In this document: positions 45,146 to 55,388 of the stretch, one piece after another
How positions within the stretch are numbered: position 1 is the first letter of the stretch
Layout of the letters: each line of letters begins with the position of its first letter
Origin: Trypanosoma brucei
Lineage: Eukaryota
DNA: 64,000 nt
Assembly: GCA_000002445.1 (NCBI GenBank)
Contig: CP000071.1
Span: 576,001 to 640,000 of the forward strand
Direction of reading: 5' to 3'
Position numbers and translations under genes: made by a program
Notes under the pieces: generated by a model
Database searches by the model: none
What the model was told of the DNA's origin: nothing
Seen by the model: only the letters and a program-made list of their open reading frames with translations

Positions 45146-45976
45146 CTAATTCTTGAGTGCATCAAGGCGCTTCTGAATTGCCTGTTTTCTCCTTTCAAGA
45201 TGTTTTATGCGAAATTCTTCTTCAGTTGGTAACACGACATCAACAATGAAGGTTTCCTCAGCCATTTGGCTACGCCCAGGCGACGACTCGCTGCCGTGTG
45301 AATACACTGACCTAAGGTTACGCTCGGCCTCAGTTTCAATGCAGCGTAATAAGTCCTCGGAACCGCGTGAAGCAAGCTCCTCGCGGTAGAGAGTAGATGG
45401 TTTTGGCGCATCATCGTCGTCATCATCGGAATTCGATGAAGCATGTGAACCAGACTCCCAACCATCCTCTTCATTTTCCACATGGGCAACGACCTCCTTT
45501 GCATCGTCCCTTTTAGCCTCTGGTAGTCCAGCAGCGCACCCGAAGTAGATCTTTCGTGGAGCAGCCCTTCTGTGGGTTTCACCGTTTAGAGTGGCCAACC
45601 TGCGCTCCCATAAATTCTTCTTGGAAATTAGTTGATTTACTTCATCGTTTTTAGCGCGGACGACGACCTCGCCATGGGTTTCGATACTGACCAACTCAGG
45701 GTTCCGAAGTCGGGCAACCTTGTCTCCAATTTCTTGCTTGGTCTTGAAAATAACAAACTTCACAACATTGACATCGGCAGTTTCGAGTGGGCTAGAGGGA
45801 AGACTGCGTATTCCAAGGCTCGATAACCGCTTCTCATCAGCCTTGCGCTTCGCTAATCGGTAAAGGACGGTATTTTGTCTCTCTCTTTTCCTCGCTAATC
45901 TACCCTCGATTTCCCGCAAGTAGTCTTGCATACTATAAAAATACTGGAAATGAGCAAGTTGCGGATATATATGCAT
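45146..45976 (-). CDS. ISY1: Pre-mRNA splicing factor ISY1-like protein
   Basis: Collinear matches to ISY1: EVNQLISKKNLWERRLATLNG (cf. DEINKLLREKGHWEVRIKELGG), YFGCAAGLPEAK (cf. YFGAAKDLPGV), and a C-terminal basic helix ending RRKQAIQKRLDAL. Confidence 0.6.
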   Translation of the reverse strand: MHIYPQLAHFQYFYSMQDYLREIEGRLARKRERQNTVLYRLAKRKADEKRLSSLGIRSLPSSPLETADVNVVKFVIFKTKQEIGDKVARLRNPELVSIETHGEVVVRAKNDEVNQLISKKNLWERRLATLNGETHRRAAPRKIYFGCAAGLPEAKRDDAKEVVAHVENEEDGWESGSHASSNSDDDDDDAPKPSTLYREELASRGSEDLLRCIETEAERNLRSVYSHGSESSPGRSQMAEETFIVDVVLPTEEEFRIKHLERRKQAIQKRLDALKN

Positions 45977-46213
45977 TTTTTTTAAAAAAAGAAAAACACG
46001 TTCCCCCTAAAGTAACGTGCAGCGACAAGTTAAACAGAAGAGGCATTGTACCATATAAATGTAGTCCCAGTTAAATCTGTACTAAGGAGGGAAGAGGAAA
46101 AACACTTCTTACCGCTGATTTGCTGAGTACTACTACCCCACTCCCCTCTAATCTTAAGTCAGCGACCTGCCGTACAACTCCCCCAGCGAATCACAGGTTA
46201 TGGGCCGACGCCC

Positions 46214-48103
46214 TTAGTCGGCCTTTCCATAACGATATATCCATCGAACAAACAAAAAACAGGCCAAGAAGCCTACAGATCCAGCTGCTACCGAAAAGAG
46301 AAAACTTAGTAAACCCATATAACCGACATACAAAACTGTGGGAACCATGCCCTCTATTTTCACACTTCCCTCCGTGGCGTAGTAGAGAGTGTAGAGGAAC
46401 AGGTACAACCCTGAGCTTGATCCAATGAAAAACGACTTCCACCACCAACGGTGATCCTCTGCACAAAGAGAATAGTAAATAAAAACTATCGCGGTCTCTG
46501 CGGTAATAATGACAAATAGAACGCCAACTAGGAAGAGGAAGCCGAAAATATAGTAAAATCTGTTCAGCCAGATTGCACCCAAAATAAAATAAGTCTCGAA
46601 AAAAACGGCAGCAAAAGGCGGGACGCCTGCTGATAAAACTGCCAGTGTTGACGAATACCAAGGCTGGGCGGGTATGTGGCGCGGAATCTGGTTGTAATTT
46701 GATGGAACGGATATGGTTCCCTGTTTGAATCCCAACACAGCACCGAAGTACACTAGTGGGAGACTGACAAAGAACCAGATACATACCACCAAAACAACTG
46801 AAGAAAACGGAACGGCGGCACTACTCGACTGAGACCAAACGAGTAGGTTTACCACAAAAAATATGGCAAATGATGACGCCGGTACAATGGTCCCGGTAAG
46901 AAAAACATACATCCACTTTGTTCTATTCCATAGTTTCAGCAGACGCGCTGAAACATACCCACCAGTAACACCAAGGAGAGCAAAGCAAACGAGGAGTGCT
47001 GTGAAAAGGCTGCCGCGGTTTTGTGGGGAGAAAAAGCCCATGGTGGCAAACACGACGACGGTGAACGACATACCTAATAGTTGTACACCAGCGCCGGTAA
47101 AGCACGCAAGAAGCCACCCATTGGGTGGCGGCCGAAAAACATCGCGACACAGTAACTTCCAGCCTATGTCATCTAAATATTCCGTTTCATCTATGTCCAC
47201 ATCGGCTAACTTGCCCAGGTCGCGGCGAACGATACGGACCAGCAAGACAGCAATAACGATTGTGAGAAAGATGACGAGTAAAGTAGAGTTCATAATGGAG
47301 TACCAGTGGTTTTTTTCCTTGTGAACACTTAAATAAATATCCCACCTAGTAGACCATTTTTCTTTACTCTCGATCCACGAAACGCCATAGCTCCATATGA
47401 TCCGGTCGGTATCCGCTGGGAGTGGCGCTATGTTAGATGCAAGGTGACCGTCGAGCGGTTGTGCACAAGGCGCTTCAGATTTGTGCGCTACAGAAGAAGC
47501 CTCAGCAACAAATGTCAAAATACGGTACTTTTCTTCGCCTCCATTTTGTTTAACGTTGTCTGGCGTATAACTGATAGTAAAATGTATGTGGTTGTTAACG
47601 TAACTTCTCCCATCGCGCATAAAACCGAGTGGAACTCCCATTACAAAATTATTGTTCCCACTCGCCTCGGCAAGAGGAAGACCGTCCATGAGAAGGTTAA
47701 TACGGTAATTTTTCTCAATGGCCTTCTTAAGGAACCTCGTCTGCTTATCTTTGTCCACCCCTTTTTCACAGACAACGCTGCAGCTGACGTTGCTGAGCAA
47801 ACGGATGTTTTCATAAGGAGATGTCTTAATCCGATCGCCCATAAGGGAACCTCCAATATTGTTTGATTTCTTTGAGATAGGTTCCTTTGGGCGGCATGTC
47901 GGAAGGGCTTTGTAGTAGTCATACGGTAAGTGGGTTCTGAGTGACGTCAGAACATTAACCTCAATCGGTACCACCTCATTCCGCGCAAATGCATGAGGGT
48001 TGATGCTTGGTAAAAGACAATCAACACTTCCACAAACGGCAATCAACCAAACGGTTAAGCTAACAAGATGTCCATATAGATTGTTGAGAAGCATCGCCAT
48101 CAA
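46214..48103 (-). CDS. Transmembrane 9 superfamily (TM9SF/nonaspanin, EMP70) protein
   Basis: 629 aa. N-terminal signal and lumenal domain followed by 9 TM helices. Conserved nonaspanin blocks (DVFRPP, GAGVQLLGM, FLGYSPA-like). First gene of the minus-strand unit next to the strand-switch region. Confidence 0.85.
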   Translation of the reverse strand: MMAMLLNNLYGHLVSLTVWLIAVCGSVDCLLPSINPHAFARNEVVPIEVNVLTSLRTHLPYDYYKALPTCRPKEPISKKSNNIGGSLMGDRIKTSPYENIRLLSNVSCSVVCEKGVDKDKQTRFLKKAIEKNYRINLLMDGLPLAEASGNNNFVMGVPLGFMRDGRSYVNNHIHFTISYTPDNVKQNGGEEKYRILTFVAEASSVAHKSEAPCAQPLDGHLASNIAPLPADTDRIIWSYGVSWIESKEKWSTRWDIYLSVHKEKNHWYSIMNSTLLVIFLTIVIAVLLVRIVRRDLGKLADVDIDETEYLDDIGWKLLCRDVFRPPPNGWLLACFTGAGVQLLGMSFTVVVFATMGFFSPQNRGSLFTALLVCFALLGVTGGYVSARLLKLWNRTKWMYVFLTGTIVPASSFAIFFVVNLLVWSQSSSAAVPFSSVVLVVCIWFFVSLPLVYFGAVLGFKQGTISVPSNYNQIPRHIPAQPWYSSTLAVLSAGVPPFAAVFFETYFILGAIWLNRFYYIFGFLFLVGVLFVIITAETAIVFIYYSLCAEDHRWWWKSFFIGSSSGLYLFLYTLYYATEGSVKIEGMVPTVLYVGYMGLLSFLFSVAAGSVGFLACFLFVRWIYRYGKAD

Positions 48104-50550
48104 CCTGAAGAGGATCTAAATGCAGATTGCAGTGGTAAACGAAAGGAGTTGTTCATTCATAAACACACGTGTATTCACGTACGTATACAGGCCGACAAAC
48201 ATATCCACGGATATGTTCACGTATGCAAGTGCTAAAGAGAATTCATTTTATGAAACGAAAGGACATATTTACAAACAGAACGCTGCACCACAAGGGCAGC
48301 CGCATGAAAGACTCGAGAGTGTCGAAAGAAAGAAAGAAAGGAAACTAACTGTACCGCTCCGGTTTTATTACACAAGCTTGATGTCCAGTAACCACGGTGC
48401 ATGCATCACGCCAACAACACTACCTCACGAACGCCATATTTTCGAGAAGGCCTAACAACAATAAAAGGAGGACCTCCTGCCCAAATCGCAGACGCCGCCC
48501 TACGGTCCAACAACATCAGAAGGGGAGCACCTGTGGTTTCGACCTCCCACGAGGGCCATGGCGGTAGCATCGCTCCGCGACCTTTACATGCAAACGAAGA
48601 ACTTGCGTGTGAGCCAGGTGCCTGGGGAGTGTTGTCCTAGCTGCCTGCCCCCGGGGCTCTGCGCTTACTCACTCCGGCCCCCACGCTGTGTGGCTGGGGG
48701 AGGGGTCGGAGGGCTGACCTGGCCGCCCTTTTATCACTCTCCTCCATCTCCTCCTCCCACTTCCGTTTTGAAACTATCGCCCTGGAAGCGGCGTCGGCGT
48801 TACGGCATGCAAGATCCAAGTCGATCGGAATGCGACTGGGGCGATTCCCAGAAAAAAAAACCAGGCGGCACGAAGTAAAACTTCTTAAACAAAAGGGTCC
48901 CAAAGAGCAGTCAACCAGGTGGGGACATTCAAGATATGGCTTGCGAATGCATTTCTAGGCTAAATATGGAGCCACAGGGACATAATAAAAGCACTAGCTA
49001 GCACAATTTTGATACTTCGGTTGCGCTTGCTTGGTTAACCAGTTGGGCGCGTGGTGCCCGCCAGCTGGTTGGACGGGGTTCTATGGAGTCACCTGGCCGT
49101 CCGTGGAACAACCAAGGGTTTCTGCCCGTTGTACGCGATGCCACCCTTGTGGGGCTCAACTGCCGGGCCCAGTGGCGTTTTTGCTTAGAGATTTCGTCTT
49201 TATAAATGGAGACTCCTGTATCCCCTCCCCACGAGCGGCCGCCGTGGGTTGTGGGCCGAATTGTCGGTGCCCAGCACCCCGTCCTTCGGAATGCACCCAG
49301 AGGTCGTCAATTCCTTTGAGAAGGCTATGTCCGGCCTGGTGGTCGGTGTCCGGCAACCTGATTGGTGGCAGGGTCCGCCGTACTCGCGGAGGGGCACGGC
49401 ATGTACGCCACTTCCTTTGCACAAGCAAGGTGAGTGTTTTTCCCTTGCGTGCCCGTATGTGTTTATCGTGCTCATTTCTTTTTTACGATACTCATTTTTG
49501 TTGGGACAGGGGGGTTGGTGAGTAGATGGGTAGGCCCGTGTGTGGCTGAATAATGGCGTTTGTGTTTTTACCTTTATAGGTAATGTAGGAGGGGAACGAA
49601 TGATTGGACTGAGTTACAATGAAGAAGACTGCTCACTGTTCCGTAGGTGCTAGCGAACCGTGGTTTGAGATGCGTTTTTTTGTTTTTGCGTAGAATTCAA
49701 TTTTCGATGGTTACCGAGGGAGGTCTAGCTGGTGAGCAGTGATCTCGTCGCGACTATTGATGAAAACGACATCAGTTTTATTTTTGTACTTCGCGATCAG
49801 TAGCGTACACCTACGTTATTTATATCTTTATTCCTTTTCGTGGAACCTCGTGAATCCCTTGTGTTTCTGGGGATGGGGTCGTTCCTGCGTTGATGGCAAC
49901 TTGTGGAAGGTTCTTCGTATTTTCAATGATTGACCGTTTTGCGTTTTGATGTTGGGATCTCAGTGCCGAAGAACTGAATGAAGGGAAATCCTTGGACACT
50001 GATAAAGCATATCAATGGTGTTCCAACGGACGGTTAGTCATTTGCCTTTATTGTACATATTCTTTTTTTAAGGTTTGAAAATCTTGGCTGCCTCACCGTT
50101 GAAGTATCAAAGCGGGGCCACATTTGCTTTTGTTACTTATGTTGGATCAGATAGGTTCTGCTGTGTCGGAGCGTTTCACCCCGCCACCGTGCCCGCTTGG
50201 ATGCATGCTTGTCTCCATTGAGTGTGAGAGTCCCAGAAAATAAGGGGTTGGTATATGCTGACGGCACATACCGTTTTTACCTATTCTTTAAAATGTAAGC
50301 AGGGGTTTACCTGTTTCTTACTTACCTATTCTTAACGATGCTGCCTCCTCCCAACGTTGGCCGTGGACATATACTGAAAATATTTTGGAGGAGTGCGCAG
50401 TACAAGATGGAACTTTGGTTGCAGTCCTGCTGATCCATCCATATGCTGTGACAGTGTCAACCGATCTTTTCGGAAAAAGCACGTTGGCTATGACTATTTT
50501 TCATTTGCCATCCCCAACTCTTTTGAAGCCATTGTTGTAATCTAGTCTGC
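48104..50550. promoter_or_regulatory. Divergent strand-switch region, the probable bidirectional Pol II transcription start region
   Basis: All upstream CDS are on the minus strand and all downstream CDS on the plus strand. The 2.45 kb gap has no credible ORF. It contains a GC-rich island (~48540..49420), a G-run at 48696..48720, GT-rich plus-strand tracts at ~49428..49560, and CA-rich plus-strand tracts (GT-rich on the minus strand) at ~48400..48560. Confidence 0.75.
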
Positions 50551-50988
50551 ATGTTTTCGTTACGGGAGATACTTTCGCAACTTCCCTCCGACGGTGCAAC
50601 TAAATGGATACGGGTTGAGAATGTTAAATCCCCCATGTCAAGTTTGGATGTTTCCCAGTTGTTTCCCGATGCAGTGAGTTGGGATTTTTTGTCGAGTGTT
50701 CAAAGGACAGACTATCTCGTCACTTTTCGGAGTGAATCATTCGCTAGAAAAGCGATGCGAAGTGCATGCGGGTTTTCATACCTTGGTGAGAGGCTCAAGT
50801 TTTCATATGCGGAGCCTGGCGACATTGCAGAAGGCGCATCACCCGCGCGAGTGACAATTGCCCACCCCCGTCTATATTTGCTGCCTCCAGAGTTTTCTTA
50901 TGAGGAGCGAGTAGCTGAAGCAGATCGTATTATTGCATCTGTGAGCACAACCGATTCGTATAACAACGCCTGGGTAGATACCTACTAG
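50551..50988 (+). CDS. Small hypothetical protein with an RRM-like fold pattern (145 aa), first ORF of the plus-strand unit
   Basis: RVENVKSPMSSLDVSQLF...DYLVTFRSESFARKAM...YLGERLKFSYAEP resembles an RRM-like beta-alpha-beta layout. Weak; it could be non-coding. Confidence 0.35.
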   Translation: MFSLREILSQLPSDGATKWIRVENVKSPMSSLDVSQLFPDAVSWDFLSSVQRTDYLVTFRSESFARKAMRSACGFSYLGERLKFSYAEPGDIAEGASPARVTIAHPRLYLLPPEFSYEERVAEADRIIASVSTTDSYNNAWVDTY

Positions 50989-51235
50989 TTGGGCGCACTG
51001 CGGTTACAAGCCGTTTCCCCAATTTTTACCTTTTTGTTTCAATGCGTAACCACTTAATGCAGCAAAAGCGCTTGATCTACTTGTTGAGGCTTATAACCAC
51101 TGTGAATTACGCAATCAAGTAGTATCCACACCAGTCTAAGGTTGAGGTGGCATCTCTACTGTCTACCACTCCCCTCTTTAAAGCTGCCGCTGTTGTTGAT
51201 GTTTTCTCTTCATCTTTGGATACACGGCAAAACAA

Positions 51236-53434
51236 GTGTGGTTTAGATTATCACTTGCAAGTAAAGAACTTAACTGTGTGTGTTTTTTTAAAGCAACTAA
51301 CATGCTCTCGTGGAATCCCGAAAGTTATGTCTCTGAAGCCGTTTCGCGCATTCTTGCAGAGGAAGCGAAACAGGGACGAGGTGGGGCGATACCATCTTAC
51401 TATGATGCAGTCACGTCACACCTGGAGGCACACGAATTATCCAAATCAATCAAAGTTGCATTAGAGGAGCAGAGAAGGCAAAACATTGGTATTTCCTGCG
51501 ATATTGGAGGAAACGTGTTGGAAATCTTATTTAACCCTGTCGACATCGAGGACGCTGGTGTTGCAGAAGAGCGTGTTAAAAAATGCGTAGCGGATATCGG
51601 ATGTCTTTTTGGGAACGTGTCGGATGAGTTGAATTCATTAAATGGAAAGAGTGGCTTAGTCGCCGTGTCTGAGGATGTTCTTGACATATTACACCATTTG
51701 CAAAGCATGGGTTTGTTGACAAATTTTCGTTTCAATCCAGTTTCAGAGAAGTTGGGGTGCATTCTGTCAGCGACCGATAGGTCAAGTATTTTAAAATCAA
51801 TGGTTCTGTACAACTCGCAGGTGGAATGGCCAAAAGGTATGACTCTGAATTTCACTGACTACATGAAGGCATGGCTTGTTGACAGAGTTGCTGCCCGATT
51901 GGAAGTTTTAAATGAGCACCGTGGTTGTTTGATCAGACTTGAGGATTTCGCGCGTGTATTTGGTACATCACGAGGCAGTTCAGTGTGGAAGTACGGTGTG
52001 TCTGTTTCCGACCTCGACGGCGAGCAAAAGTTTATTGGTTGCTTGGAGTTGGATGCACTCCGTCCCACTGCCGCCGCACATGCTGTTGAAGACCCGTTTT
52101 TTGATCATTTGGGCATGCAGTCCTGTGTTGCGTGCTGCCGAACGACAACTACGTCGTATTGCCTGGCCAATGCTCTCTCCGTGTGCTCCCACGGAGAAAA
52201 GGCGCTATTTTTCGTGCGTGAGTGGAGGGAAGTCAACGGTCCCGAGTCGAAGGACTCGCTTTTGAGTTTCACACTTTACTTTGGGTATGGAAAGCCCATA
52301 TCTGATGAAGGGGACGTACGTATAGGGGAAAATGATGATAAGCGAATCTACCTCCATAGTGAGAAAGACCAAATTGTTCGTACTTACAAACAGATGGGAG
52401 ACGTCAAACGGTACGAATCGCATGTGGAAACCGTTATTGCAAATAGCAAAAATGCTGATTTATTTCACAACATATCGGGTTACATCGGCGAAACAACGTG
52501 TGAGAACTTGGAAAGAGCCATGTCTTTGTTTCCTCGTATGTGTGTTGTTGCCTCTTGCATTGGCAACGAGAATGCTGTTTGTGTTTCTGTTCTTAAGGCG
52601 GCTGATGTTCTGAGGGGAGACGCTACGTTCGTATTTTGTATATCACAAAGATCACCATTGTTCAACCATGTGTTCGCACCACGATCGCAGGTAACGTTGA
52701 ATTTTCTGTTCGACAATGCACAGGCGGTGTGCCAAGCTATAAATGACACGTATCCCCTATGGATCAATGAGACCGGAAATGAGCCCGTCGTCTTTGAGAG
52801 TGAATCGAGGACTTACGTTACAACAAAAGCTTTGATGGACATCTCCAAGCAGGTCGCCTTTGAAACTGCGGAGTCGTTTCTTGTTGGTGAAGAAGTGCTG
52901 GTTGTGGGCCGGTGCCTTGACAGTATCCCAAGTACAGTAGTAATAAATGTGAAAAACACACTTGTTCTGCAAGACCACGTTCCCCCACAGGAATTCTACC
53001 CCTTTCTCTTCACGATCGTTCACAAGATATATGGTACTGTTGGCTTCGTTGGGTATGGGTGCCAATTGTGTTCCCTGTCTCCTCTGACAATGTACATTTA
53101 TTCTCCAATTGAGTCATCTCAGTTTGCTTTGGACGAAGTGTATACGGGTCCAAAATGTAATTTGACTTTTCTTTCGAGTTTTGGAGCACCAATTTTTGAC
53201 GGCAAAGATTTCGAAGAACTGGGTTGTGGCATGCCAATGGCTGCCAGCAGCGTCTCCTCACTGCCTCAGCAGAACATTTATTTTCAAGTAGAGGGCATGC
53301 TGATACGCATCGTGCGAGACATCAGCGACAAATACGTTATCTGTGTGGTGGCTGCTAACGAGTGCAGGTTTAATCAGACCGATCCTTGTAAGCTGCTTGT
53401 GCGCCCGGATGATGAGCGCCTCATCCCAGCTTAA
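51236..53434 (+). CDS. Hypothetical protein (732 aa from the maximal ORF; alternative start at 51302, MLSWNPES...)
   Basis: Long ORF with coding-like composition, co-oriented with the transcription unit. No family recognised. Confidence 0.6.
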   Translation: MWFRLSLASKELNCVCFFKATNMLSWNPESYVSEAVSRILAEEAKQGRGGAIPSYYDAVTSHLEAHELSKSIKVALEEQRRQNIGISCDIGGNVLEILFNPVDIEDAGVAEERVKKCVADIGCLFGNVSDELNSLNGKSGLVAVSEDVLDILHHLQSMGLLTNFRFNPVSEKLGCILSATDRSSILKSMVLYNSQVEWPKGMTLNFTDYMKAWLVDRVAARLEVLNEHRGCLIRLEDFARVFGTSRGSSVWKYGVSVSDLDGEQKFIGCLELDALRPTAAAHAVEDPFFDHLGMQSCVACCRTTTTSYCLANALSVCSHGEKALFFVREWREVNGPESKDSLLSFTLYFGYGKPISDEGDVRIGENDDKRIYLHSEKDQIVRTYKQMGDVKRYESHVETVIANSKNADLFHNISGYIGETTCENLERAMSLFPRMCVVASCIGNENAVCVSVLKAADVLRGDATFVFCISQRSPLFNHVFAPRSQVTLNFLFDNAQAVCQAINDTYPLWINETGNEPVVFESESRTYVTTKALMDISKQVAFETAESFLVGEEVLVVGRCLDSIPSTVVINVKNTLVLQDHVPPQEFYPFLFTIVHKIYGTVGFVGYGCQLCSLSPLTMYIYSPIESSQFALDEVYTGPKCNLTFLSSFGAPIFDGKDFEELGCGMPMAASSVSSLPQQNIYFQVEGMLIRIVRDISDKYVICVVAANECRFNQTDPCKLLVRPDDERLIPA

Positions 53435-53547
53435 TATATATTGCAACTTAGGAGGGCGTTGCCCTGGGGTAAGGTGTGAGAGAATAACGGGGAGGTAATG
53501 CCTTTTGCGGTTAAAAAACCGCTTTCTTTTATACGGCGTCGTCAGCG

Positions 53548-53695
53548 TTGTTTTTTTTTTTTTTTAACAGAGGAAATTGTTATTATTATTTTTTTTCGAA
53601 TGTTTTCCTCCCCCTTTTTGATGTATCTGCCAAACCTCTTGCTGTTCCAGGTTGTGTTTATCATTGACGGTTGTTGTTACTATTTTTAACGTCCG
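53548..53695 (+). promoter_or_regulatory. Polypyrimidine tract / trans-splice acceptor region for the downstream 53740 CDS
   Basis: T16 run and CT-rich stretch (tgtttttttttttttttaacag ... ttttcctcccccttttt ... ctgttccag) with AG dinucleotides shortly upstream of the ATG. Confidence 0.55.
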
Positions 53696-53739
53696 ATGAC
53701 AATGCCAATGCCACTTCTTCGTGCATAGTAAGGTAGAAT

Positions 53740-55044
53740 ATGGTGGTGGAGTACCTTGGTCCAGCAGACGTGCAGCGTTTGCTTGCGCTCCTTAGCGAAG
53801 GGAATTGTAAGTTTTCTTTCGTAGAGAAAGAATTTAAGGAAACGTTTTCTAAAGACACTTTCGCTAAGGTGTCAAGGGCCATACAACGAATGATTCATGA
53901 TATGATTGCCTCACCTGACGGTGTTGGACTAGTGTCATCTTTTTTCGTTCTTGATGTTATGTGCAAGATGAACTGTGAACAGGCGAAGTCAGCGTTTTAT
54001 GATGCGTTGCTAGAGTTGGAGCGAATCATGCGGCAAGACGTTTGCGTCATGGAGCAGATCAAGTATGCCTCAAAGGAAGCAAAGGAAGGAAGAAGAGCAC
54101 ACGAATCTGTTAATTCAGAGAGATACCGTCTACGTTCAGCGGTGAAGAGTTTTGCCTTTCGGTTACTTGCCAACAGGGTTGCGCCTGATGAAACACCACT
54201 CATGGCCATAAGTGACAAGCAAGAACAAATCGACACCGCCCTAAACGCATGGGAGAGCAACAGTATATGTCTCAAGGAACCCATTGCGGGTGTTGCAGAG
54301 GCGTGGACGCTAGAGGCAGAGAAAAATGCATGTGGAACCCTTTCCAGGATTTCTGCAACCCTTGATAATGGAGGACGGGCTGCGCTGGTACTGAAACCGG
54401 TAACACCCCAACTTCCTTCGTTGTCCCTGGTGTCTGGTGAGCTTCAGTTTCTGCTGCCGGCTTCTCCTCTAAACGATCTCCTTTTAATTAACAGTGAGGT
54501 TCCAACGGAGGAGTGGAAAACTGCAAAAAGAATGGTTGCCGCAGGTTGCAAGGGGCTACTTAATAAAGAGGAGCAGCAAAAATTGCTCCAAACACTTTTG
54601 GCAGGGGACGTCTTTGCGCGTGTTGGAATAAGCAGTGTGGTACTCAGTCGCATGGCCGAACACAATCCAGATGTTGCCGCCTCGCTAATACTGAAGCTTC
54701 CAGCCCAGGAGGCAAACCAATGCGTTCAGAGTATACTAAAGAGTTCTGTGCCATCGGAGCATGTAGAAACTGTCTTGTTACATGCTTCAAAAGTGCTGCA
54801 GCAAGCGAGCTTTCGTGCATACATTACCAACAAGCTTCATCATTTCAAAGAAAAGACGACACTATCCAACGAGGACAAAGATGAGGTGAAAAATTTTGTC
54901 AGGACTCTTCACCAGCTTTTAACAAAAGCGTCGAAAGAAAACAAGGAGTTATACGTTGCTGACACGCTAAAGACTGATATAACTCGACTTTGTGAGAGGT
55001 GTGATATTCCTGAAGTGGTTACGAGATGGGATGAACTAAAGTAA
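53740..55044 (+). CDS. Hypothetical alpha-helical protein (434 aa), possibly the CCR4-NOT subunit CNOT11-like
   Basis: Solid ORF. The CNOT11 suggestion rests mainly on the recalled gene order of the T. brucei locus, not on a motif I can verify by eye. Confidence 0.55.
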   Translation: MVVEYLGPADVQRLLALLSEGNCKFSFVEKEFKETFSKDTFAKVSRAIQRMIHDMIASPDGVGLVSSFFVLDVMCKMNCEQAKSAFYDALLELERIMRQDVCVMEQIKYASKEAKEGRRAHESVNSERYRLRSAVKSFAFRLLANRVAPDETPLMAISDKQEQIDTALNAWESNSICLKEPIAGVAEAWTLEAEKNACGTLSRISATLDNGGRAALVLKPVTPQLPSLSLVSGELQFLLPASPLNDLLLINSEVPTEEWKTAKRMVAAGCKGLLNKEEQQKLLQTLLAGDVFARVGISSVVLSRMAEHNPDVAASLILKLPAQEANQCVQSILKSSVPSEHVETVLLHASKVLQQASFRAYITNKLHHFKEKTTLSNEDKDEVKNFVRTLHQLLTKASKENKELYVADTLKTDITRLCERCDIPEVVTRWDELK

Positions 55045-55388
55045 CGAATACTTTCTTTGGTAAACAAACGATGAGTACAGTTCGATAAGGAGGCTGAGAT
55101 GATTTCCCCCCTGTCTGTTGTCGAATGCGCAGAAGCCAAACTGTTGCTCGGTGGTGTCTCAGGCAGCAAAGAGCGTCACATCCATGTCTGTTTAATCCCT
55201 TTCTTCATTCTACTTTTGTCACTTATTCCCCTCCAGACCTTACGTCAACGTGACCGTGGATGCATATATAAATATATACATAGTTTTGAAGGGCACATAA
55301 TTACTGGGCAGTTTTGTTTGCTCGTTCTATACTTGATTGTGAGTCCTGAAGGGACACACCAACAAAAAGACTTCTATTCTGTTGTGGC

